Shown: positions 20,585 to 29,281 of the stretch, in pieces | Layout: every line of letters starts with the position of its first letter | Numbering within the stretch: position 1 is the first letter of the stretch | IMG/VR virus record: IMGVR_UViG_3300033148_006964 | Location: 64,001 to 128,000 of that record | Origin: a virus | DNA length: 64,000 nucleotides | Reading direction: 5' to 3' (one strand) | Translations under genes and position numbers: made by a program | Notes under the pieces: model-generated | Database searches by the model: none | What the model saw: only the letters and a program-made list of their open reading frames with translations | What the model was told of the DNA's origin: nothing

Positions 20585-20989
20585 ATGGATGTATCTGGAA
20601 TGAATCAAAAACAAGCAGCAAGTATTGCTGTGGCTTATTTAGTAAAGCATAAAGAAGAAGCTCCGAAAGAAGCACATAAACTTTTAGAAAAGCTTGTTAA
20701 TTATGAAAATGCTGCTAAAAAAACACAAATGGCATTGCGTCAAGCTGAAGAAGCTATAAATCAACTTCAGGTACAAGATGCTAATATTTTTGGATCTATA
20801 TCAACTGTTGTAGAGTTAATAGCAGAAGATCTACCGAAAGATAAAGTTTTAGAATGGTGTGAGAAATATGAAATACCTGCTGGGATGCAGATGCCTTCAA
20901 AAGCTACTAGTGCGCCAAAACAACAGGTTCCTGATATGGCCGGACATACGGCTCAAAGTATAGAACCAAATTTGCAGACTTCTGAATAA
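20585..20989 (+). CDS. Hypothetical coiled-coil protein
   Basis: 134-aa ORF with a GGGGG RBS. Confidence 0.7.
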   Translation: MDVSGMNQKQAASIAVAYLVKHKEEAPKEAHKLLEKLVNYENAAKKTQMALRQAEEAINQLQVQDANIFGSISTVVELIAEDLPKDKVLEWCEKYEIPAGMQMPSKATSAPKQQVPDMAGHTAQSIEPNLQTSE

Positions 20990-21010
20990 GTTTAAATACG
21001 GAGTGTTATT

Positions 21011-21913
21011 ATGAGAAGAGTACAAGTTCGCCATGGTTTAAAACAAAGAATCAATGAGATTATGGGAACTGATTATACTGGAGGGGGACAAACTTCTCCT
21101 CCAGGTATTACCCCTTGGTCTCTCCAGGCGGCTATGATAGAAAATTTAAAACGAATAGTAGCTGGGATCTCTGGTAATGAAAAAGGCGTTCCGATGAATG
21201 GCCTTGTAATAACTGAAGAAGCAGGAAATGCTACTTATATCATTTCTCCAGGATATGGCTTTACAAATAATGGTAATATAGTTGTTATTGATAAAGCTAT
21301 TTCAGGTATATCTTTACCATCATCTGGAAGTGTTGTTAACATTTATGCAAAACATTCATTAGCTTATCTTGATGGTGACGGAGATGTCGCTGGTGGTAAA
21401 AAAACTGGATTTATTGGGCAAGAGGGTGAACAAAACATAGTTGAAGATGATCTTGGTGCCACGTTAGGTTCAGGTATAACTATTGATGATGATGTAATAA
21501 TTCAAGAAGTTGATGATACCCTTTCAGGGACTGATTTAGATAACCACGTATATTTAGGTCAGGTTGCTTTTAGTGGAGGTACTATTGATAGTATCACTCT
21601 TCATAATTTTACTCTTAATAACCTTTTAGTAAATCAAAATTTAGAAGTTAGTGATACTATTACAACTGATAATATTACAGTAACAGACACTATAGCATTA
21701 AAAGATGCTAATATAAGCGGGGCTGTTGCTATGGCCTCTGGATCATCTATGGATTTTAATGGTGGATCAGAATTAAATGTTAATAATTCATCAACTCTTA
21801 ATATAGCTGGAGCCGCAACGGTTAAATCTGGAGGTGTAACAGTATATACAGGAGCTGTTGGTGCTGCTCAAGCTTTTGTTGTAGAAAATGGACTAATTAA
21901 ATCGCTTTCTTAA
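21011..21913 (+). CDS. Hypothetical virion protein
   Basis: 300-aa ORF with a GGAG RBS and a beta-rich C-terminus. Confidence 0.7.
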   Translation: MRRVQVRHGLKQRINEIMGTDYTGGGQTSPPGITPWSLQAAMIENLKRIVAGISGNEKGVPMNGLVITEEAGNATYIISPGYGFTNNGNIVVIDKAISGISLPSSGSVVNIYAKHSLAYLDGDGDVAGGKKTGFIGQEGEQNIVEDDLGATLGSGITIDDDVIIQEVDDTLSGTDLDNHVYLGQVAFSGGTIDSITLHNFTLNNLLVNQNLEVSDTITTDNITVTDTIALKDANISGAVAMASGSSMDFNGGSELNVNNSSTLNIAGAATVKSGGVTVYTGAVGAAQAFVVENGLIKSLS

Positions 21914-21929
21914 TATAGGAGAATAAATT

Positions 21930-22601
21930 ATGCATTATGCATTAAATGGGAAATACCCAATCGAAACTGAAGAACAGGTTAAAACTGCTTCAGATTATTT
22001 TTCAAGATATCTTCAAAGGTTTGCTCCCATGGATAGGGTTGCAGCAGCTACTAACATAGAAAAAAGGGCTACAGTCCTTGATATAAATGTTAATGAAGGA
22101 TGGATTACTAATTATTCGCGTCCATTAAAACCAGAGTCTACTTATTCACCAGATTTCGATGCTAATATTAAGCTTCGTAAAGAGGCGTGTGTTAGGACTA
22201 GTGCTAAAGTTGAAGTAAATGGTAAGATGATAAACGCTACAGAATTACTTAAAAAAGTAGCAATGCAACGAAAAGAACTTCCAGGCATAGCTATGATGAA
22301 ATCTTTACAAGAATTTGATAAACTAGCTAACCTTGAACAGTATTATGATAATGATGTTATCGATCCTGCTATGACGGTGTTTGGTAGTCTTAATAATCCA
22401 AGATTTGATTCTGTTAAAATTGCTAAAGACCTAACTAACTATGATTTGATAGAAGCGTCAAGAGATGTATTAGCTATGGAAAAGATCTCTAATACTTTTG
22501 GAGAAAGGTTTTCGGAAAAGTTTAAAAAAGAACCTATTAAAATAGCGTCAGATTTGGGGCCTCCTGAAAAATCTCTTTTATCAGAAACGATATCTAAATA
22601 G
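21930..22601 (+). CDS. Hypothetical protein (head-morphogenesis cluster)
   Basis: 223-aa ORF with a GGAG RBS; stop overlaps the next start. Confidence 0.75.
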   Translation: MHYALNGKYPIETEEQVKTASDYFSRYLQRFAPMDRVAAATNIEKRATVLDINVNEGWITNYSRPLKPESTYSPDFDANIKLRKEACVRTSAKVEVNGKMINATELLKKVAMQRKELPGIAMMKSLQEFDKLANLEQYYDNDVIDPAMTVFGSLNNPRFDSVKIAKDLTNYDLIEASRDVLAMEKISNTFGERFSEKFKKEPIKIASDLGPPEKSLLSETISK

Positions 22602-23347
22602 TGGCTAAATTATCTGAACAGTTATTAGATGCTCATATGGTTAATGACCATAATGAGATTAATCGTATACAGGAGTTAATTGATACTAAACAATCTAAAT
22701 TAACTTCTAAAAAGAAAACTAATACGGTTAAAATTAATACTGTTCTTAATAATGAAAAGGCATCTGCTTCTAAAGTATATAATTTTTTAAATAAAGCGCT
22801 TGGAAGCGATTGGTGGGAATGGGAAATCGAAACTCTTGAACAAGTCTTATGGATTAAATATGGTGTTGCATTAGAAAGTATTAATAAAGATAAAGTTTTA
22901 GCAATAAGACATGTGTGTAGAAGCGATAATCCATTTGCTGATTGGTATGAATTTAATCAAGTTGCATTGTCATTTAGTGGAAGTATAGCTGATTTTGAAT
23001 ACCTTAAGTCTCCTTCTCCTGGGATGGTTATTAATTGTGTTAAAATTTTAAACCATATCAGACCTGATAGAGAGTCTTTTTTTAGTAATGATGTTATTAA
23101 GTATATATGTATAGTTTTATTAAACCATGGTATATATATTTCACCTCCATCAATAGTAAATATTATTGGTAAAAAAATGAAAGAAATGATATCTACAACA
23201 ACAGCGTTAAAATGGAGTGATATATTGCAGAAATATAAAAAAATTGTTTCTAATCCTAATTTTAAAATTGAAGAAGACGATATGGTTGATATTCAGGCAA
23301 AACGCTTAGTAAATGCTGAAGCGGCCTCTTTGGTTTTTGGTTCGTGA
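22601..23347 (+). CDS. Hypothetical protein
   Basis: GTG start coupled to the upstream TAG; 248 aa. Confidence 0.75.
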   Translation: MAKLSEQLLDAHMVNDHNEINRIQELIDTKQSKLTSKKKTNTVKINTVLNNEKASASKVYNFLNKALGSDWWEWEIETLEQVLWIKYGVALESINKDKVLAIRHVCRSDNPFADWYEFNQVALSFSGSIADFEYLKSPSPGMVINCVKILNHIRPDRESFFSNDVIKYICIVLLNHGIYISPPSIVNIIGKKMKEMISTTTALKWSDILQKYKKIVSNPNFKIEEDDMVDIQAKRLVNAEAASLVFGS

Positions 23348-23410
23348 CTACTCCCATGAATAAATTCATGGGCTTTCTGGTAAGAGGAATCGTAAATTGG
23401 AGTGTGAGAT

Positions 23411-25477
23411 ATGGCTAATGAAGGTCTTTCAGGCTTAACAACCCCTACAGTTGAAAGCGCGTCTAGTTCTGGGCAGTCTTTATTTGTAAGAGGGTCTATT
23501 AAATATGATTCTCCATTTTTAGATATGACCAGTACATTTATTCCCAAGACTATAAAAGGTATATTGAGATTTGTAGCAGCTTATGTCCTTGGTGATGGAC
23601 TTGTAGCTCAATGTATATCAAAATTATCTGAATATCCTATTACAGACTTATTATATAATGATAGTAACCCGTCTCATATAGAAGACGATAAAACTATTGA
23701 TTATTGGAAAAAGTTTTTAGAAAAACAACTTAATATAGTAAGATCATTAAAACAAGCTGGTATGGATTATTATGCTTATGGCAATTCTGTTATATCTATA
23801 AGTTATCCGTTTAAAAGAAGATTAAGATGCCCAAAATGCAAACAAGAACAAGCTATTGAATCTGAGAAAACTTCGTTTAAAGCTTTTAAATTTTATTCAG
23901 AATGTATATCTAAAAAATGTAAATATAAAGGTGAGATGGAAGCTTATGATTTAAACACCAAAGAACTTGATAAATTTAATATTGTACATTGGGATTTAAT
24001 GTGTTTAGATATTAAATATAATAGTATTACTGGAGATCATTTTTATTTTTATTCTCCTCCTATAGATATAGTAACCGCTGTTCGTAGAGGAGATATGGAT
24101 ATTATTAAAACTACAAGGCTTGAAGTTATAAATGCGATAAAAAAACGTAAAAAGCTTAAGATAATGGAAGACAATGTATTTCATCTTAAAAGACCTGCAC
24201 CGCAATATATCATCCCTGCAGAGCGTGGATGGGGAATCCCTGTAATAATGCCGGTTATGAAAGACATTTTTCATAATAAAATTCTTAAAAAAGGCAACGA
24301 AATGATAGCGTTTGATCATATTGTTCCACTAAGAATTCTTTTTCCTAAAGGTACTGGGGATATAAGTCCACATGCTACTGCCAATCTTGGTACATGGAAA
24401 ACTAAGATAGAAGATGAAATAAGAAAATGGAAAGCAGACTCTAACTACATTTCAATTGTACCCCTTCCAGTAGGTATTGAAAATATTAGTGGAGACGCTA
24501 AGATGTTAATGGTAACTCCTGAAATTAAAGTAACTGAAGATAATATTATAATGGGTATAGGTATTATTCCTGAGATCATACGTGGCGGCGCATCATGGTC
24601 TGGTAGTAACGTTTCGTTACGAGTTGTAGAAAATACCTTTTTAAATCATCGTAATGATATGCAGGAAATGATTGATTTTATAATTGAAAACATAGCCAGG
24701 TATTTAGAAAAACCCGCTATAGAAATCACAATGTCTGATTTTAAAATGGCCGATGATCTTCAGAAAAAAGAACTTATGTTAAAAGCATCTGCCGGACCTC
24801 CTTCAGAAGCATTAGTATCTAAACCTACAGTTACTAAAGAACTTGGTTTTGATCCTGATGAAGAATATAAACTTTCTGAAGAAGATCTTCAAAGACGAAT
24901 AGAGATGCGGATTAAAGAAGCAGAAGGATCTGCAGAAGCCCAAGGTTCTGCCACTCTTCTTAATGCTATGTATTCAGCAGACGCTCAAATGGAACAGCAA
25001 AATAGAATGGATATGCATGAGAGGGAGAATCAGTCTAAACGTGATGAATTTACTCAAATGCAGCATGAAGACAATGCTCAACAGGTTACTAAAGAAGTAA
25101 GCGCTTTAAGTGCTCAGCCTGAAAAAATATCTCTTCAAAATCTAATTTTAATATTAACCCGGAGATTTGCAAGACTTTTAAAAATTAATGTGGATGATTT
25201 TAAAATAAGAATGCTCGCCTTAAAAAATAGTATGCCAGCACTTTATAAGGAGATCTTTGATAATTTAAAAGAAATGAACCTAATAGAAGCTGATACATCC
25301 CCTGACCTTCAAGCTGTTCAAAGGTTTACTCCTGGTCAAATACCTTCTCATACTCAAGGAGAAGGTTCTGCCGAACAGCCTCCTACCCCTGCTGAAGCCA
25401 ATGCGGGAGTAGGTACAATAAATGCACCTCTACCAGAGGTAAGTCCTCCCAGATCAGCCGTAAGCTCTTCGGTTTAG
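23411..25477 (+). CDS. Putative portal protein with a Zn-ribbon-like insertion
   Basis: 688 aa; SPFLD...KLSEYPIT and DYYAYGN...S motifs like those recalled from large-phage portal-like proteins; CPKC...CxxxxC insertion; low-complexity C-terminal tail. Confidence 0.55.
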   Translation: MANEGLSGLTTPTVESASSSGQSLFVRGSIKYDSPFLDMTSTFIPKTIKGILRFVAAYVLGDGLVAQCISKLSEYPITDLLYNDSNPSHIEDDKTIDYWKKFLEKQLNIVRSLKQAGMDYYAYGNSVISISYPFKRRLRCPKCKQEQAIESEKTSFKAFKFYSECISKKCKYKGEMEAYDLNTKELDKFNIVHWDLMCLDIKYNSITGDHFYFYSPPIDIVTAVRRGDMDIIKTTRLEVINAIKKRKKLKIMEDNVFHLKRPAPQYIIPAERGWGIPVIMPVMKDIFHNKILKKGNEMIAFDHIVPLRILFPKGTGDISPHATANLGTWKTKIEDEIRKWKADSNYISIVPLPVGIENISGDAKMLMVTPEIKVTEDNIIMGIGIIPEIIRGGASWSGSNVSLRVVENTFLNHRNDMQEMIDFIIENIARYLEKPAIEITMSDFKMADDLQKKELMLKASAGPPSEALVSKPTVTKELGFDPDEEYKLSEEDLQRRIEMRIKEAEGSAEAQGSATLLNAMYSADAQMEQQNRMDMHERENQSKRDEFTQMQHEDNAQQVTKEVSALSAQPEKISLQNLILILTRRFARLLKINVDDFKIRMLALKNSMPALYKEIFDNLKEMNLIEADTSPDLQAVQRFTPGQIPSHTQGEGSAEQPPTPAEANAGVGTINAPLPEVSPPRSAVSSSV

Positions 25478-25575
25478 ACTTCGAGGAAAGCCACCCTAGC
25501 CTTCTACTCGTAGTCTCGCAATATCCAGCTTTTATTTATTTAAAAGTTGGATTTTTGCGTTTGTGCTGATAGCTA

Positions 25576-25603
25576 AAAATAGCGCCCGTTAGGGCGTTAC
25601 TTT
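25576..25603. terminator. Terminator at the convergence of the two genome arms
   Basis: Stem AGCGCCC/GGGCGTT with GTTA loop; A-tract on the left and T-rich bases on the right. Confidence 0.7.
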
Positions 25604-25625
25604 AAGTAATCTGATTTTTTACTAA

Positions 25626-25964
25626 TCAGTTAATGGATTTGCTGCTGTTATTGTGCAACTGTTCTTCAACCGAAACGGTTACGAACGCATCTATAAATTT
25701 TTCAACTTCTTCGCTGGTAAAGGCTCTAGCTTTACCTTCTTTATCAATTATCTGCAAAGTAAGATGCGGCACAATGTTTACAAAAGTCCTTTCTCCAGAC
25801 TTATATAGTATTTCGAACGATCCTTCTTCTTCAATATCTAAGTCTCGTTCTTTTAAGTTTTGATATGAGTATTTAATTTCTGTTACTTCGTTCATAGAAA
25901 TAATATTAATATTAGTTGTTAAAGATTCATTATCCTTTGGCCTTTCTAAAATTTTTATAAACAC
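25626..25964 (-). CDS. Hypothetical protein
   Basis: 112-aa ORF with a GGAGG RBS. Confidence 0.75.
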   Translation of the reverse strand: MFIKILERPKDNESLTTNINIISMNEVTEIKYSYQNLKERDLDIEEEGSFEILYKSGERTFVNIVPHLTLQIIDKEGKARAFTSEEVEKFIDAFVTVSVEEQLHNNSSKSIN

Positions 25965-25987
25965 CTTGCCTCCAAATAGATTAAGGT

Positions 25988-26014
25988 AAAAGAGGGAATT
26001 ATTAATTCCCTCTT
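25988..26014 (-). terminator. Intrinsic terminator closing the Ubl operon
   Basis: Perfect stem AAGAGGGAATTA/TAATTCCCTCTT followed by Ts on the - strand. Confidence 0.75.
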
Positions 26015-26032
26015 AAATATAGCAATTAAAGA

Positions 26033-26509
26033 TTAAAGATTGCCCTTTGTTTTTTCTGAAAAAATCAACCTCATATTTCCATCATCATCTGGTCGTGTTA
26101 ATTCGGTTGAACCAGGAATACTCCCGCCACCTGTCGCAAGGCGATATTCATAAATTGGATCACCATTTTCTTTAAAAAATTCACTTCTTTGTTCGGAAGG
26201 AAGTTGATCAAGAAGTTGATTTATTGTGATGCCGTCTTCAACTGGAAGAGTAACATTAGCACCATTTCCAAATCTTATAATTGTAACATCCCATGGAACA
26301 TTACCTTTAGTCGGTTCTGCGATAAAAACACGCATTCCATCAGTAAGAATTTTATCAAGAGAAGCTGGAGATTGTCCTACAGTTACACATCCTTCAACAA
26401 ACTTTTCTTCAGCACGTTCTAAAAGATGTTTTATAGTAGCATCTTCATTAGTTTCAAAAGAAAACTCTCTATTAGCAGTACCCATTTTAATTAAAGTTAC
26501 ATCTAGCAT
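26033..26509 (-). CDS. Tandem ubiquitin-like (beta-grasp) protein with two domains, each ending TKGN
   Basis: Internal duplication (LDVTLIKMG..TIKHLL..TKGN / WDVTIIRFG..TINQLL..TKGNL); adjacent to E1 and JAB genes. Confidence 0.75.
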   Translation of the reverse strand: MLDVTLIKMGTANREFSFETNEDATIKHLLERAEEKFVEGCVTVGQSPASLDKILTDGMRVFIAEPTKGNVPWDVTIIRFGNGANVTLPVEDGITINQLLDQLPSEQRSEFFKENGDPIYEYRLATGGGSIPGSTELTRPDDDGNMRLIFSEKTKGNL

Positions 26510-26540
26510 TTTAATATCCTTCTAAAATATTGTATAGAAT

Positions 26541-27311
26541 TTAAGATGTACACGTCTCCCGCATTGCCATTACGGGCTCTTCATTAAATTTTTTTAAATA
26601 AAAAGATTCTGGATACAATGAAAATTGAACTTCATTCCATAAATGAAGTCCTATTTCATCATCGTTTCGTAGATTATCATTACCATAATGACAATTAAAA
26701 TGTTGTATAATTCTACCTGCTGCAATGCTTGCAATAAACATTACTGTAGTAATTATAGATTCACTTGCTCCACATAACGATGTTTCTGCTTCCTCATCTG
26801 TATATAAAGTTTGCATCCATTGTTCTACTTCGTCTCGTGAATGAGGATTAAATGCGTAAATCCGACCATTTCGCAACCCCATTCTGGTTTCAATTACAAG
26901 ATCCGTATTAAACGAACGCTTTATACATTTTTCAAATATTTCTTTTCTACTGGACATAGTATCTGTTAATAGCATCACATAATTTGATTTTACTGATTCT
27001 TGATCAGTAACCATCTCATTATGAGCTTCAATTTTAAATCCACATTTTCTTAAAATAATTTCTTTAAGAGCTTCGACTTTTGGCATGCCGACATGTGATT
27101 GCTCATATATTTGATTTGCTAAATTATGTTCAGCTACTATATCTCCATCGAATACTTTTAAAACACCCTGTTTTAATGGAGTGTTCCCCCATCCAAACTG
27201 AGCCAGCATTGAAGCGATATAACTTCCAGTAGCACCAACCCCAACCAGTGAAATTGTTTTTTTCCCAATATCAGTTGGATTAAGCAATTTTTGTTGTCTA
27301 GTGTAATCCAA
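26541..27311 (-). CDS. ThiF/E1-like ubiquitin-like activating enzyme
   Basis: GVGATG, DGDIVAEHNLANQ and PKVEAL motifs; candidate catalytic Cys in SLCG; likely TTG start at 27311, 1 nt after the JAB stop, with a GGAG RBS. Confidence 0.9.
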   Translation of the reverse strand: MDYTRQQKLLNPTDIGKKTISLVGVGATGSYIASMLAQFGWGNTPLKQGVLKVFDGDIVAEHNLANQIYEQSHVGMPKVEALKEIILRKCGFKIEAHNEMVTDQESVKSNYVMLLTDTMSSRKEIFEKCIKRSFNTDLVIETRMGLRNGRIYAFNPHSRDEVEQWMQTLYTDEEAETSLCGASESIITTVMFIASIAAGRIIQHFNCHYGNDNLRNDDEIGLHLWNEVQFSLYPESFYLKKFNEEPVMAMRETCTS

Positions 27312-27312
27312 T

Positions 27313-28161
27313 TTAAAATCTCCTGTTATTGATATCGTGAACCATTTCATCTAATTCATAATCTTCTAACATTATCTTATTAAGCTTTTCATTTCTTATT
27401 TTAAACAAGTCTTCTTGATAATTTAAAAGATTATTTTTATATTTCCCATTTTTTTTACTATATGACTTATAATTTGTAAAATCTTCTTCGGGGAGATTTA
27501 TTTTTTTAAGTTCTTTAACTTTTTTCTTAATATTATTAGTTTTAATAACTTTTTCAATCTTTTGTATTTTTTTAGCTGTATCAATATTATCGGTAGATAG
27601 TATTAACGCAACATCTTTAAGCTTTGTTTCTTCAGAGTTTTGTAATAGTCCGTCTTCTTCAACCGTCCATTTTACGTTATCAAACTTAATTTGTTGATTA
27701 TAATCAAAAAACGATACAGACATTATTTCTTTTTTATTACATATACCTCTTAAAAAATAAGTTTTTCTTCGATTCATTTTTTCAATTGCTTCGTCTTCAT
27801 CTTGTTGAGACGGACTGACCCCCATAGTATGGTGAGAATGCCCCCAGAATCTAACTTTTCCAATATCATCTTCTCTATTACGATTAATTAACCAAACCCC
27901 CATATCAGATTCACCTTCAGTGGATATTTCACATGTACCACCATTAGCTTCTGAATGTTTAGGATAAAAAATCTCTCTTATAAAATATGTATCATTACCA
28001 CGTTCATCTACGATTCCAAAAAAACCAACTTCATCTGAATGAACGTCAACTAATGCTTCTATCCATTTGATAGCAGAGCTTGCAAAAATTATCTTTGGCG
28101 CTTCTTTTTTTTCTGGCTTTAAAATTGTATAGGTTGTAGCTTCATTTTTTTCGAATTTCAA
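27313..28161 (-). CDS. JAB/MPN+ metallo-isopeptidase
   Basis: EVG...E and WGHSHH.MGVSPS.QD (JAMM H-x-H-x7-S-x2-D pattern). Confidence 0.9.
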   Translation of the reverse strand: MKFEKNEATTYTILKPEKKEAPKIIFASSAIKWIEALVDVHSDEVGFFGIVDERGNDTYFIREIFYPKHSEANGGTCEISTEGESDMGVWLINRNREDDIGKVRFWGHSHHTMGVSPSQQDEDEAIEKMNRRKTYFLRGICNKKEIMSVSFFDYNQQIKFDNVKWTVEEDGLLQNSEETKLKDVALILSTDNIDTAKKIQKIEKVIKTNNIKKKVKELKKINLPEEDFTNYKSYSKKNGKYKNNLLNYQEDLFKIRNEKLNKIMLEDYELDEMVHDINNRRF

Positions 28162-29261
28162 TCTTCACCCCCTACAATTGGCCAATTTTTTGCATTTCTA
28201 CCCCACTCATCTCCTAAATTTGGAGTTGTTACAAACCTGGTAAGTATATCCGTTAACATAAATAAATCTACATTAACAAAAGATTCAAATACACATTCCC
28301 AAGCAGATCCATAACAAGGAGTACCGCTTAAACAAACATGCGGACATTGAAATCCACCATCTGAATTATTAACTAAATATTCTCTTGTAAGATTTCTAAT
28401 TATAATAGGATTAGATGTATTAGCTTCTCCAAATAAAGTTTTTAATAAAACCCTAAACTCAATACGACCAATAAGTCTATTATTACCATCTATAGCATTT
28501 ACAGTCTGAAGATCTTTTGTTCTTATAATAAGATATCTTTTAGTAAATAATACATCATCAATTTTATTAGAATCATCTTCTATAAGCTCCTTAGCTTGTT
28601 CGATAATTTTTTTAATAAAAGGATGGTTTTCAATTGGAGTTCGAAGAACATCTATTTTATTTTTTAATTCTATTAAAATAGACATTTTTTTACTAAATAC
28701 ATTAACCTGTTCTTTTAATACCTTAGCTCTACTTGCAAGATCAGAGTTCATGCCTTCTGCTATGACTTCGGGTGCGTCATTTATATTTACAGTATTAAGA
28801 TTTTCATTAAACTTTTCAATCTTAGACCCTGAATCCTGGACATCTCTAAAGCTAAAATCATCTTCATCATAAGAATCATCTTCCACAGGCATTGCAGCAA
28901 GTATTGGTGGCTCTTGATCCGGTGGAATATCTTCTGGCGGTGCTTCGAGCGGTCCATCTGTAATTACCTGTTCTTCTAACGTCTCCGCTTGTGCTTCTGG
29001 TGCCGGACATTCATTAAGCTCTTGAACAATAGGTTCATGCAATTTACACGTAATTATATCTCCTGATATATCGTTTGTAATATGACACCCTCGTATTGTT
29101 GCGTCTTCAGTTATTAATTCAACTACCCTATCAGAGGATTGGTCTGCAACTTCTAATTCAAAAATACCATCTGATTCGTGAGATTTTAATATATAATCAA
29201 AAATCTCTTCATCAATATAATTAAGAGAGAAGTTTACAGCCGCATCTATTCTAATTTTCAT
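28158..29261 (-). CDS. Prokaryotic E2-like protein with an acidic N-terminal extension
   Basis: C-terminal CPHV..SG.PCYG motif resembling the Prok-E2 HPH...C-x-G signature. Confidence 0.6.
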   Translation of the reverse strand: MKIRIDAAVNFSLNYIDEEIFDYILKSHESDGIFELEVADQSSDRVVELITEDATIRGCHITNDISGDIITCKLHEPIVQELNECPAPEAQAETLEEQVITDGPLEAPPEDIPPDQEPPILAAMPVEDDSYDEDDFSFRDVQDSGSKIEKFNENLNTVNINDAPEVIAEGMNSDLASRAKVLKEQVNVFSKKMSILIELKNKIDVLRTPIENHPFIKKIIEQAKELIEDDSNKIDDVLFTKRYLIIRTKDLQTVNAIDGNNRLIGRIEFRVLLKTLFGEANTSNPIIIRNLTREYLVNNSDGGFQCPHVCLSGTPCYGSAWECVFESFVNVDLFMLTDILTRFVTTPNLGDEWGRNAKNWPIVGGED

Positions 29262-29281
29262 AAAAATTTTTTCCTTCCAAT

